Shown here: piece by piece, positions 43,006 through 52,774 of the stretch
Numbering within the stretch: position 1 is the stretch's first letter
How the letters are laid out: every line of letters begins with the position of its first letter
NCBI GenBank assembly: GCA_024346625.1
Contig: AP024667.1
Location: 1,116,001 to 1,180,000 of the forward strand
Length of the DNA stretch: 64,000 bases
Direction of reading: 5' to 3'
Source of the DNA: Williopsis jadinii
Taxonomy: Eukaryota
Program-made: the position numbers and the translations under genes
Notes under the pieces: model-generated
The model's database searches: none
Told to the model about the DNA's origin: nothing
Seen by the model: only the letters and a program-made list of their open reading frames with translations

Positions 43006-44432
43006 TCCAAGGGCTTAAATATAACCTTAAGATTGAAGGGACAGATTGGCCCAGCTGGTGTTATCCTCTCAACCCAATTGGGGTCCAAGGCCAGCTCAAA
43101 GTTCTTCACAACTTGGTAGACGAAGATCTTGCACTCCAATATGGCAAACCTCTCACCAAGACAGGCTCTTTTGCCCCCATGGAACGTTGGCAACGTTGAG
43201 TTGCTCTTGGAATGCTTGTAAAAGTCCATGATGTCTTCTATCTCTGTTCCCCATCGCTCTGGCTTGAAAGAGTCAGCCTCCTGCCACGATGAAGAGTGTG
43301 TTGTTGAGTAATTGTTGTAACCAACATACGTACCTTTGGGGATATGGATACAGTCTCCGAGAAGAGTGTCCTTCGAAGTGCACCTGTTGATGATCTGACC
43401 TAATGGTGGAAAGAACCTCAACGTTTCAAACAAGACACTCGTCAAGAAGGGCATCTGTTCAACAGACTCAACGTCATGCTGGGAGATCTCTTGACGAACC
43501 CTGTGCTGGACCGTGGGGTACTTGGCCAACATGTACAGCAATGATGTAAATAGCAACTGGGGGTTTTCATGCCCTGCAACAAGTATAATCACCAAATTAT
43601 CAGTCATCTGCTTCGCTGTGATCTTGCCCTGTTTGAAGGCCGTGTAGAGCTGGAAGGCTGCACATTCAACATCAGAATCACCAGATACCTGGGCCTTTAT
43701 CACTTGTTCTGTGTAGTACCTTCTGAATGATTCAACCTGTCGTCTTGCTTCCATCCTCGAGGGAATCGGCAGGGAGTCTAAAATGGGGAAGTTCATATAA
43801 AGAGGCTTGAATATGTGTGACTTGACCAGCTTCAGCTTCATGTGCAACTCAGACGTACAGTCCAATTCCAGCGTGTGGAAGTCAACACCAAGCATACACA
43901 TCGATACGTTGGCCAGTGAGAGCCTCTGTAGATAGTCTGAAACGTACAAAGGCACCGAACAGTCTCTCCTGATCAGCTCGACAAACTTCAGAGTGTTGGT
44001 ATACAGATGTGACTTCACTGGAAACTGAATGGCCTTCTGTATTACACCTCTGTAGAGCTTCCAGTCAGCACCGTGTGCACTGATAACGTTATCACCAGTA
44101 TACTGGCTCAAGACGGCATGTGGTATTTTCTTATGGTTACCTGATTTGGCAAACGTCGTCTCGTCCCTGAACACTTGTTGCAAGAGCTCGGGCTTGATCA
44201 CCAGCACATTCCATCTATTGGCGAAGTAAATCTTCACGGCACCATACTTCTCATACGGCCTGATATACCTCTCGTATATCTGTCTCTGGTCCAGCGACGT
44301 ATAAGTGCCCAGGAATGAGACGTAGAATGGCACTGTTGGTATGTTACGAGGGAAGCTCCAGGGTGGGAATACCACCCTGGCGAGCGCATATGCCAGTAGC
44401 AGTGAGATGGTGATGGAAATAGCAGTCAACAT
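43002..44432 (-). CDS. DIT2: Cytochrome P450 CYP56 family, N-formyltyrosine oxidase
   Basis: N-terminal anchor, FPRNIPTVPFYV, AKSGNHKKIP, AGHENPQL, ETLR, PERW and heme motif FHGGKRACLG. Confidence 0.92.
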   Translation of the reverse strand: MLTAISITISLLLAYALARVVFPPWSFPRNIPTVPFYVSFLGTYTSLDQRQIYERYIRPYEKYGAVKIYFANRWNVLVIKPELLQQVFRDETTFAKSGNHKKIPHAVLSQYTGDNVISAHGADWKLYRGVIQKAIQFPVKSHLYTNTLKFVELIRRDCSVPLYVSDYLQRLSLANVSMCMLGVDFHTLELDCTSELHMKLKLVKSHIFKPLYMNFPILDSLPIPSRMEARRQVESFRRYYTEQVIKAQVSGDSDVECAAFQLYTAFKQGKITAKQMTDNLVIILVAGHENPQLLFTSLLYMLAKYPTVQHRVRQEISQHDVESVEQMPFLTSVLFETLRFFPPLGQIINRCTSKDTLLGDCIHIPKGTYVGYNNYSTTHSSSWQEADSFKPERWGTEIEDIMDFYKHSKSNSTLPTFHGGKRACLGERFAILECKIFVYQVVKNFELALDPNWVERITPAGPICPFNLKVIFKPLD

Positions 44433-44931
44433 TGGTTTCCAGTTCTATGGGCTTGCCGAGAGAGAGGGTGGTCAGAAAGGCATCTGAGTAAATAATATTT
44501 GCTACTGTTTCTTCCAGTGGTTTAAATATCCCACAGATGAGAGCTTTATTCCACTCCGTGGGTTCGCTAGTCATAAATATGCTCATTTTGGTGCTCGACG
44601 CTGATCAATGTCGCTGACGTTCATGGTGCATGGCTCCCCATTCTGTCATCAGAGACCAGAGGAGAAGGCCATAACTTGTTGTAGATCCTTGTCCACATAG
44701 CTACAGACTGTTGAGAGCTGTGTGCCATGTTGTCTGCCCGAGCAGTCGCTTTCCGTAGGCGTTCGTAGCTGTTTGCTGTTGATTATGGTTAAACCTCCAT
44801 GCAGCATATTGACGCACTGAGCAAATTAAAATCAACACCATTGGGTTGGTATAAAAGAGCACCAATGGACGATTTAACGGTCCCAGGTGTCCTGTTTTGG
44901 GGAGATATTGCTGTGAACTACGCTCTGGACG

Positions 44932-46398
44932 ATGTCTTTGAACGATAAATCGCCTGAAACCTCGCTGAATGAGAAGTCAGAGCCTAAGATTGATGAACAA
45001 GATGTGCTGCCAGTGCCCAAGCCAGCATACACAGCATTTACATCGAGGAGAAAGTGGTTTGCCATCATCATTGTGAGCATAACAGGGTTCTTAGGGCCTT
45101 TGACGGGTAATATCTACATTCCAATCCTACCACAGCTGCAGCAGGTGTTCAATACCTCAGAGACTGCTATCAATGCGACGGTTTCGGTGTTTATGGCCAT
45201 TATGGCCATTGCACCGCTACTGTGGGCCTCCTGGGCTGATTTCGGTGGTCGAAAGACTCTGTATCTGACGTCGCTGCTGCTGTTCATACTGGCGAACATA
45301 TTACTCGCAGCAGTTCCTGCGAACATTGGTGCTTTGTTCGTCCTGAGGATTGTTCAGGCTATTGGTGCTTCAAGCGTGATGAGCGTTGGAGCTGGAACTA
45401 TAGCAGACCTGGTTCCTCCAAAGGAGAGGGCAAGAGCCATCTCGTATTTCATGATGGGGCCTCAGCTGGGCCCCATTCTGGGTCCCATCTTATCTGTCAT
45501 TGCAAGTGGTGGCCATTGGAGATGGATCTTTGGGTTTCTAGCTATCGTGGGCTCGCTGGTGTACCTGGTGATCTTGTTCTTCCTTCCAGAGACCTTGAGA
45601 TGCCTTGTGGGCAATGGCTCGAGGGTTCCGATGAACGGATGGTTTGTTCAACCTCATCTGATCCAGCGAAGAATAATAACAGAAGAAGAGGCTTGCAATT
45701 ATCCGAAACCACCAAAACCAAGCTTAAAGGGCTACTGGAGCATACTGAAGTATAAGCCTGTGCTCTTGTGCTCTTTCAACTCTGGCTTGCTCTTTGCAGG
45801 CTTCTACGGCATGTCTGTTACCTTTGCTAGAAGGTTACACGATGACTATGGCTTCTCACATCTTGAACAGTCGTTTGCGTACGTGTGTCCAGGTGTGTCG
45901 TTGATCACAGGCTCCTTGATTGGTGGAAGACTATCCGACCACTTGAGGCAAAGGATGAAGCGTAAACATCCTGAACGCTATACCCCGGAGCATCGTTTCT
46001 CGTTACAATTGGTTGGTCTAGCCATAAGTATGTGCGGTCTGCTGGGCTACGGATGGTGTATCGATAAGCACGTCCACGTCGTTGCAGTCTTTGTCTTCAC
46101 CTTTCTCGGAGGGTTCGGCATGACGTGGGTGTTTGTCGTCACCACCACGTACCTGACCGAGTGCTCCTCCGGCCAGGCTGCTACCAACGTTGCCATTGGT
46201 AACTTCTTCAGAAACGCCTGTGCAGCTGTGTCGTCCGTCCTGATCAGCGAGTTAACGGAGAAGATGGGGTTTGGATGGTGCTTCACAGGGCTAGCACTGC
46301 TGGACATAATTGGCTTCGCCATTGTGCTGCTCCTGATGGCCAAGGGCCCTGCGTGGAGGCTCCAATGGGAAGAAAAGAAGCGAAGCGTTGCCAATTGA
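44932..46398 (+). CDS. DTR1: MFS DHA1 transporter, dityrosine exporter type
   Basis: GFLGPLTGNIYIP, INATVSVFMA, ADFGGRK, YFMMGP and PETLRCLVGNG resemble Dtr1 as recalled; about 12 TM helices. Confidence 0.85.
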   Translation: MSLNDKSPETSLNEKSEPKIDEQDVLPVPKPAYTAFTSRRKWFAIIIVSITGFLGPLTGNIYIPILPQLQQVFNTSETAINATVSVFMAIMAIAPLLWASWADFGGRKTLYLTSLLLFILANILLAAVPANIGALFVLRIVQAIGASSVMSVGAGTIADLVPPKERARAISYFMMGPQLGPILGPILSVIASGGHWRWIFGFLAIVGSLVYLVILFFLPETLRCLVGNGSRVPMNGWFVQPHLIQRRIITEEEACNYPKPPKPSLKGYWSILKYKPVLLCSFNSGLLFAGFYGMSVTFARRLHDDYGFSHLEQSFAYVCPGVSLITGSLIGGRLSDHLRQRMKRKHPERYTPEHRFSLQLVGLAISMCGLLGYGWCIDKHVHVVAVFVFTFLGGFGMTWVFVVTTTYLTECSSGQAATNVAIGNFFRNACAAVSSVLISELTEKMGFGWCFTGLALLDIIGFAIVLLLMAKGPAWRLQWEEKKRSVAN

Positions 46399-46435
46399 GA
46401 CGAGGTAGGGTGAAGTAGTGCGTTTCTCTGAACTT

Positions 46436-46490
46436 TTATCAACATTTATCAACATTTATCAACATCCATAAACATCCATAAACATCCATA
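46436..46490. repeat. 10-bp period tandem array in the DTR1 3' region
   Basis: TTATCAACAT three times, grading into CCATAAACAT 2.5 times. Confidence 0.85.
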
Positions 46491-46700
46491 GAGCGTGCTA
46501 ACCACGCACAACGTATGCACGTCTAATACAATGTGTCCCCTACCATATAACACCCTGTATGCTTATGTAATCAATGTCCGTGTGTCCCCGGAACCAAGTC
46601 TTATATCAACGGGACAAATAACCGGGGTGGTGATGGCTACAAAGGAAGCTTCGGGGACAGGTACTTGGCCAGGTCCATTCCCAGCTCTACTATTCGGAAT

Positions 46701-48695
46701 ATGAAGGAGAAAGAGGAAAGCAGAGGCTACGATATTGAGAAGCAACCGTGCGATGTGCCGGCGAACAAGCACAAGACGCTGTTGACGGCGTGGATTTGCC
46801 TCCACAGGGTGTGCTCATTGGTTGCTGTTGTACAGATGTTGAGGCTGTTGACCAGTGTTGACCTGTTTATGGCGTCGAGATGGACATCGTCCACTGGTGA
46901 TACTGGGCCAAAGGAGACGTTTGAGCTGAGGTTGTCCATCCTGTACGATGACTTGGTCTATCAGGAGGTGATTCTGGAGCATTCGTTTGGCAACTCCTGG
47001 GGAGTGCCAGCAAAGAAGCGGTTTACTCCTCCAGCAGACAAGAAGTTCAACAGGGTTGTTCTGGAGCTGAACACCACTGTTGATGGCATCCAGTACGATA
47101 GGCTGGCGCATGTCTTCATCAATGACATCCCTGTGTGGCGAACCTCCACGGCTGAGCCTGGCAGAGAGTGGGTCTACACGTCAGTTGAGAAGGACATTTC
47201 CAAGTACCTGACATTGTTCCAAGACGGGGACTCCTCTGTGACGTTACAGCTGGATAACCTCATCAGAGGTAAGCTCACGGGTGCCTTCAACACGACGCTG
47301 AGTGTGAAGTATTACCTGGATCCAAACTCTGACGATGACATCTTCAACCATATGACAGTGACAAACCACCCGGCCCACAGAGTGACGAAGCTGATCGAGC
47401 CACTGCCCAATAGAACACCACTGTTATACTATCCAAATGACCTGCTGTCATTCTCGATTCCAACGGTACCTGAGAACACCACAGCGTTGAAGTTGGCGTT
47501 GTTTGTCTCTGGAAATGCCGAAGAGGAATTTTGGTACTCCAACAGCTTGGAAGATGAGAAGAAGTACTTTGCGCCAAATGGACATGAACTATTAGGACAC
47601 GGTCCAGTCCGTGTCATTAACACGTATGTCAATAACAAACTGGTGTCCGTGGCTGCACCGGAACCAGTTATCTTCTCAGGTGGTATCTCTCCTGCGTTGT
47701 GGAGGCCTATAATCGGTGTCAACGCCTTGGATGTGAAGGCTTTGGAGATTGACCTTAGTGCAATGATTCCAGAGCTGTGGAAGACAAGTGCTGCCCTGGA
47801 CATTGTCATCACGAATGGCACTACGAACGGTACAGTGGGTCAGAATTGGATTGCCTCTGCTGCTTTGCTACACTGGGAGTCTGAGGAGATTGAAAGTGCA
47901 AAGGGTTCCGTGTTAGACTTCAAGAATTCGACAGCCTTTAGAGAACACCACAGCACGAATGCTCCTCCACGTATGCAACAGTTAGTGTATTCTAACGCAA
48001 TTGCGGATATCAAGAGCAACTTCACCTATACTTTGAAGAACGGCTCCGAGATACCTGTGGAGCTACACTGTACGTCAAAGGCTTCGTTTGTAGATTCACA
48101 GGACTATTACAGATATGGTGATTTACAACTTATAACTGCGACTGTTGCATCAACACATTCCACAAATCTACAAATCGGTGATATCTCTACAAATGTGAAG
48201 AACGTGAAGTTTTACCCATTGGTCATATCTGTTGATACTGAGCCGATTATCCCTCCAAATGTGACCTACGTTGCCAATGTCACCAATGTGTACGGCTCGC
48301 GTATTGTCATTGATGACAAAGAAGTGTTTGTGCTGGAATCTTACCAGAATGGTACCTCCAAGTTTACGCTGAGTCCAACAGGGAACTCCGGTAACGGCTC
48401 AACTGATCAAACATTCGCAGCTGTCATGTCAAGCCCATTCGTCACCTTCAGGGAAGATGCTCAGGCGAAGGCTGTCAATGGAACTTTGGTCAAAAGAGAT
48501 GAAAAGTTCTGGTACGATGACCTCCACCACGACATGGCCCTTGAAGTTGGTATATCAAAGGAAGCCATGGCGAAGCTTTCAAGACAAGTGGTCGAGTACC
48601 AAAATGCCATTAGCCAGAGAGAACAGGACGAGTCGATGACCGTGGATGATGGCTACGTTGCTAAATTCCCGGGATTCCGCCAATTGAGCGGGTAA
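46701..48695 (+). CDS. Peptide-N4-(N-acetyl-beta-glucosaminyl)asparagine amidase A (acidic PNGase A family)
   Basis: HSFGNSWG.P, GIQYDRLA, WRTSTAEP, SGNAEEEFWY and GGISPALWRP motifs; N-terminal hydrophobic anchor and many N-x-S/T sites. ATG at 46701. Confidence 0.88.
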   Translation: MKEKEESRGYDIEKQPCDVPANKHKTLLTAWICLHRVCSLVAVVQMLRLLTSVDLFMASRWTSSTGDTGPKETFELRLSILYDDLVYQEVILEHSFGNSWGVPAKKRFTPPADKKFNRVVLELNTTVDGIQYDRLAHVFINDIPVWRTSTAEPGREWVYTSVEKDISKYLTLFQDGDSSVTLQLDNLIRGKLTGAFNTTLSVKYYLDPNSDDDIFNHMTVTNHPAHRVTKLIEPLPNRTPLLYYPNDLLSFSIPTVPENTTALKLALFVSGNAEEEFWYSNSLEDEKKYFAPNGHELLGHGPVRVINTYVNNKLVSVAAPEPVIFSGGISPALWRPIIGVNALDVKALEIDLSAMIPELWKTSAALDIVITNGTTNGTVGQNWIASAALLHWESEEIESAKGSVLDFKNSTAFREHHSTNAPPRMQQLVYSNAIADIKSNFTYTLKNGSEIPVELHCTSKASFVDSQDYYRYGDLQLITATVASTHSTNLQIGDISTNVKNVKFYPLVISVDTEPIIPPNVTYVANVTNVYGSRIVIDDKEVFVLESYQNGTSKFTLSPTGNSGNGSTDQTFAAVMSSPFVTFREDAQAKAVNGTLVKRDEKFWYDDLHHDMALEVGISKEAMAKLSRQVVEYQNAISQREQDESMTVDDGYVAKFPGFRQLSG

Positions 48696-48772
48696 ATGTC
48701 CCATTTGTATAGTGAAATCATGATCTTGCGTTTCTTCCGGTATGCCTTCCCAATCGAGTAGTGAAAGCCGAG

Positions 48773-48779
48773 TGCACCC
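48773..48779 (+). promoter_or_regulatory. Aft1/Aft2 iron-responsive element
   Basis: TGCACCC 89 bp upstream of the iron permease ATG. Confidence 0.6.
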
Positions 48780-48861
48780 GAATCCACAGTACTAGGAAAA
48801 AAAGTTATCTATTCCATCAGTTATCGAAGTTGCGACATATACACAGGACATAAATCAAGCA

Positions 48862-50079
48862 ATGATGACCTGGGAATCCTTGTTTTCCTTTGAGATCTTC
48901 TTCATCATCCTGAGAGAGTCCTTGGAGATCATTATCATTGTCTCCATCCTGCTGGCGTTTGTGAAGCAGTCGTTAGCAGTCCACCATGCGAAGGACTTTG
49001 AAGAGCAAGGCCCACAAAGCGTTTCTGCAGAGATCGATACGTTCCAATCCGCCGGTGTTGAGCCTGACCAGACAGTTGAGCTGTCAGATGCGGGTGACAA
49101 GCTCTACAAGCAGTTCAAGCTACAGATATGGGTGGGTAGTCTGCTAGGGCTATTCGTTGCGTTGATCATTGGGGGTGTTTTCATAATGGTGTTTTACATC
49201 ATAGGCACCGATCTATGGTCGCTGAGCGAGCACTACTACGAGGGTGTCCTGAGTCTGCTGGCCAGTGTGGTCATAAGCATCATGGGCCTCTTCTTCCTAC
49301 GCTTGTCTAAGCTGAAGGAGAAGTTCCGTGTCAAGTTGGCTAACCTACTCATCAATAGGGACAGTGCTTCAGATACACACCAATCCAGGTGGAAACATTT
49401 CATGGAGAGGTACTCGCTATTCTTCCTGCCGTTTATCACGTGTATGAGGGAGTCGCTGGAGGCATTTGTCTTTGTAGGAGGTGTCGGCATCTCACAGCCC
49501 TTGTCTACAATCCCCTTAAGTGCCACAGTTGCCGTTATAGTTGCCTCGATTGCTGGCTACTACCTCTACAGGTCGTCCAATTCAATGTCTCTGAAGATAT
49601 TTCTCATCTCTACAACTTGTCTGCTATATCTCATTGCTTCGGGTCTTTTCTCAAAGGGGATTTGGCAATTGGAATTGCAACACTACATCGACCTATGCCA
49701 TGGTCAGGACATGTCGGAGGTTGGTTCAGGTCCTGGATCGTACGACATCATGAACAGCCTATGGCATGTGAACTGCTGCAACGGAGAGATGGATGGGCTT
49801 TGGATGATCCTCTCTGCGATCTTTGGATGGACAAACTCAGCAACCTACGGTTCGGTAATCAGCTATAATCTATACTGGATAGTGATGATTGCAGCTATCC
49901 AAGGCTTGCGGTTCCAAGAGAAAGAGGGCTATTTCCCATGGATCCCACTGTCGTTTCAGAAGAAGAAGCTGTTGAAGAAATACCAGCTGATGAAGTCCAG
50001 TCAGCAATTACAAGATGATAGTAATTTGATTCCAAACCACCTCCTCAATGCTACGAACTTGACTCCCTTGATTGGCTGA
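48862..50079 (+). CDS. FTH1: Iron permease of the Ftr1 family, vacuolar Fth1 type
   Basis: Two RESLE motifs, LWSLSEHYYEG, GSGPGSYDI and WHVNCCNGE. Confidence 0.88.
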   Translation: MMTWESLFSFEIFFIILRESLEIIIIVSILLAFVKQSLAVHHAKDFEEQGPQSVSAEIDTFQSAGVEPDQTVELSDAGDKLYKQFKLQIWVGSLLGLFVALIIGGVFIMVFYIIGTDLWSLSEHYYEGVLSLLASVVISIMGLFFLRLSKLKEKFRVKLANLLINRDSASDTHQSRWKHFMERYSLFFLPFITCMRESLEAFVFVGGVGISQPLSTIPLSATVAVIVASIAGYYLYRSSNSMSLKIFLISTTCLLYLIASGLFSKGIWQLELQHYIDLCHGQDMSEVGSGPGSYDIMNSLWHVNCCNGEMDGLWMILSAIFGWTNSATYGSVISYNLYWIVMIAAIQGLRFQEKEGYFPWIPLSFQKKKLLKKYQLMKSSQQLQDDSNLIPNHLLNATNLTPLIG

Positions 50080-50183
50080 ATATATTGTGTTTGTCTAACA
50101 TATATAACGGAATCATGTGTAATGGTAGTAAGAATGCAAATGATATCATGAATGTTTTCGTAATAGATTGACGTATGGGAATC

Positions 50184-51425
50184 TCAATTCATTCTCTTTA
50201 CCGAGGCCTGTTTAGCAGTGGGATGAATGCCGTACAGGTTATTCAAAAGTGGACTTTGGAAGCCGACTTTTGGAGCCGTGAAGCCGGCTTGAAGGTGTGA
50301 AGAAGCGGAATTTTGATGTGCACCGAACCCACCGAATGAGGAGGAGAACGGTAGCCTTGGAGACGTGGCTGTGGGTACAGCGTGGACATGTTGGTTGACT
50401 CCGTGGTTTATCGAGGCTGATCTCGAGAGAGGAGACTTAACGTGAGGTTGATAATTGGAGATTTCCTGCTCCAAATTCTTCGCCTCGTTGAACGCTTGCA
50501 TCAAGTAAGGCAACTCCTCAGAGATCGTACCGTTGGTGACACGGGATGACAACGTTGAGAAGTTCAACGAGGAAGTTGTGGAGCTTAAGGAAGTTCTTCT
50601 CGAACGCTGTTGGGATTTGGCATCCTGGTATTCATCTGAGCCTGCGGTGGATGCAGCAGCTGATAAGAGCAGGTTCTGAGTGTCCTGTTCCCATTCGTTG
50701 TACTCCTCGTTGATGAAGAAGTTCACACGAACTGATTCGTACATCTTTTCGACATCATTCAAGATCCCCAGGCATTCTTCGATCTGATCCATGTCTTTCT
50801 GCTCAACGGCTCTGTCTAGCTGGTCAATCAACACAGAGACAAAATCCTTGTAGGAGTGCAGAGTGGACTGGAAGTCTGTGTTGTCTGGAACTATCGGGTT
50901 CTCTTCTCTGTCCATGGTATCCACTATTTGGGTCAATTCGTAACTTATTATGAGCAATTTGGCCTTGGTATAGGCAATTGACACGTCCTGCACCAGCTCC
51001 GTCTTCAAGTGTATTGCCTTGAAGTAGATCTTCAGCAACAGAGTGCCTGGATCTGAGAGGTATTCCTCTATCGACAGAGACTGGATCACTTTGACGAAAT
51101 GCGAAATCTTGTGAGTGGCTATCGCGTCCAACTCGGCATCCAATTCTAGACACTTTTGCAATGCCTTCTGTGCGATTTTGATGTCAAACTTACGGGCATC
51201 CGTGTGCAACTGGAAGTTGAAGTTGACGCTGTGTCTCAGCGTCGCCAATTCCCACGAGTTCAGCTTGTACTGAATTGACAGCAGCTGCTTGTACACCTTC
51301 AGCACCGCAGAACACTGCGAAGTGATCTTGGAATAGTACGATGGGAAGGTCGATGTGAGCTGCTGTATCGAGCTACTGCTGAGCTCTGACTGCTCAACAA
51401 CTGATAACACAGGATCAACGTACAT
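50184..51425 (-). CDS. MDM36: Mitochondrial distribution and morphology protein
   Basis: 413 aa; KAKLLIISYEL, SYKDFVSVLIDQL, EECLGILNDVEKMY and ELPYLMQAFN resemble Mdm36 as recalled. Confidence 0.65.
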   Translation of the reverse strand: MYVDPVLSVVEQSELSSSSIQQLTSTFPSYYSKITSQCSAVLKVYKQLLSIQYKLNSWELATLRHSVNFNFQLHTDARKFDIKIAQKALQKCLELDAELDAIATHKISHFVKVIQSLSIEEYLSDPGTLLLKIYFKAIHLKTELVQDVSIAYTKAKLLIISYELTQIVDTMDREENPIVPDNTDFQSTLHSYKDFVSVLIDQLDRAVEQKDMDQIEECLGILNDVEKMYESVRVNFFINEEYNEWEQDTQNLLLSAAASTAGSDEYQDAKSQQRSRRTSLSSTTSSLNFSTLSSRVTNGTISEELPYLMQAFNEAKNLEQEISNYQPHVKSPLSRSASINHGVNQHVHAVPTATSPRLPFSSSFGGFGAHQNSASSHLQAGFTAPKVGFQSPLLNNLYGIHPTAKQASVKRMN

Positions 51426-51745
51426 TGCGCTCTTACACAGTGTCCTTTAGGTAGAGATGATACAGGGAGATGATATGAGAAGGCAAAACGGAGGAGGTTG
51501 GACTGATAAGAGCGGTTGTGATGGTGGGAAAGGATAAAAAGGACATAAAAGTTGTAAATACCGGGAAAAGACGCAGTGAGCAGGGAAGGTTCAGGAAAAA
51601 TGGCATGTTTATTACGTAAGACGGAAAACAAACAGTTAAATGTCCGGATCGGGTAATTTTCTACATTTGGGTAGATGCTCCGTGGAACGAGAGCCAGGTG
51701 TAGTTGTAATAGCTAATGAAGAGACTGTTTGCGAAAGTGGTCTTC

Positions 51746-52774
51746 TCACCCGAACTTCTCGAGCTCGATCTTTGATTTGATCCTCTTATACCACTGTTCT
51801 AAGGTCTCGCCGTGCTGCTGACAGGCGATGATGATCATTGTCATGTTGTCAAAGCCGGCGCCGGTTTGCTGATTAGCAAGCGAGATGCTATGCTCCAGTA
51901 CTTTTGCAGTTATTGCTGGTAACACCATGCCCAGGACGAGACAATGCCTTATGAAGTGTACGAGGTCACGGGCTGTGAACACATCCCATATGCCGTCGCA
52001 TGCCAGGACAATGAACTCGTCCTTTATGGAGAGGTGATGAGTTATGCACTCCGGCTCCACGGTGACCTGGGTCTCCTCAGAGTGCAACGTCTGGTTGTCG
52101 GCGAGTCGTCTCGACTTGAACGTGAAGTCACCAAACGCCCTTGAGAGTGCCAACACGCCTCCCACCCTGTTGTACGAGACAGAGCCCCCGGCGTCGTTTA
52201 TCCTTATGAGCTCCCCTATATGTGTTGGCTTGTGGTCGTACGACAGGGATTTGGCAGATCCCTCGTACGAAACCACCAGTCTCGAGTCGCCTGTGTTGAT
52301 CGAGTACAGCTGTTCGTTATCAATGAGCACACACACAATCGCAGTGGAGCCACATTGGGCTCCGTGGTACTTCAAGTGCTGGTACAGGTGCTGGTCCATC
52401 TGTAGAAACGCCGCCTTGATCTTGTGTATCACCAGCCCTTGCGTGGTGCTGAAGTGCAAGCCATAATCCCCATCTGCACTCTCATCGAGCTTTTGCGTCA
52501 AATGGCTCAGTATCGTATCGATCAGCTCGTGGCTCAGGTATCTGGATGATTCCGAGCCGCCATGCCCATCAAACACTGCAAATATCTTGACGTCTATCAA
52601 CCGTAGGCCCCCGTCAACGTCCCAGAAGGGCAAATCTCGCTGAAAGTGTACCGCATGGGCATCCTCCTGTGTAAGCCTATAGCCCTGCATGGACCCTAGC
52701 GCATAGCTGAACCTGGGCAGCGTCTTATGCTCAACAGTCTTATCCGTCAAGGGCTGTGATATCAGCTGTCCCAT
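51746..52774 (-). CDS. PTC4: PP2C protein phosphatase
   Basis: MGQLISQPLTDK N-terminus, SMQGYR..QEDAH, VFDGHGG, GDSR, LALSRAFGDF, DGIWD and DNMT. Confidence 0.88.
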   Translation of the reverse strand: MGQLISQPLTDKTVEHKTLPRFSYALGSMQGYRLTQEDAHAVHFQRDLPFWDVDGGLRLIDVKIFAVFDGHGGSESSRYLSHELIDTILSHLTQKLDESADGDYGLHFSTTQGLVIHKIKAAFLQMDQHLYQHLKYHGAQCGSTAIVCVLIDNEQLYSINTGDSRLVVSYEGSAKSLSYDHKPTHIGELIRINDAGGSVSYNRVGGVLALSRAFGDFTFKSRRLADNQTLHSEETQVTVEPECITHHLSIKDEFIVLACDGIWDVFTARDLVHFIRHCLVLGMVLPAITAKVLEHSISLANQQTGAGFDNMTMIIIACQQHGETLEQWYKRIKSKIELEKFG

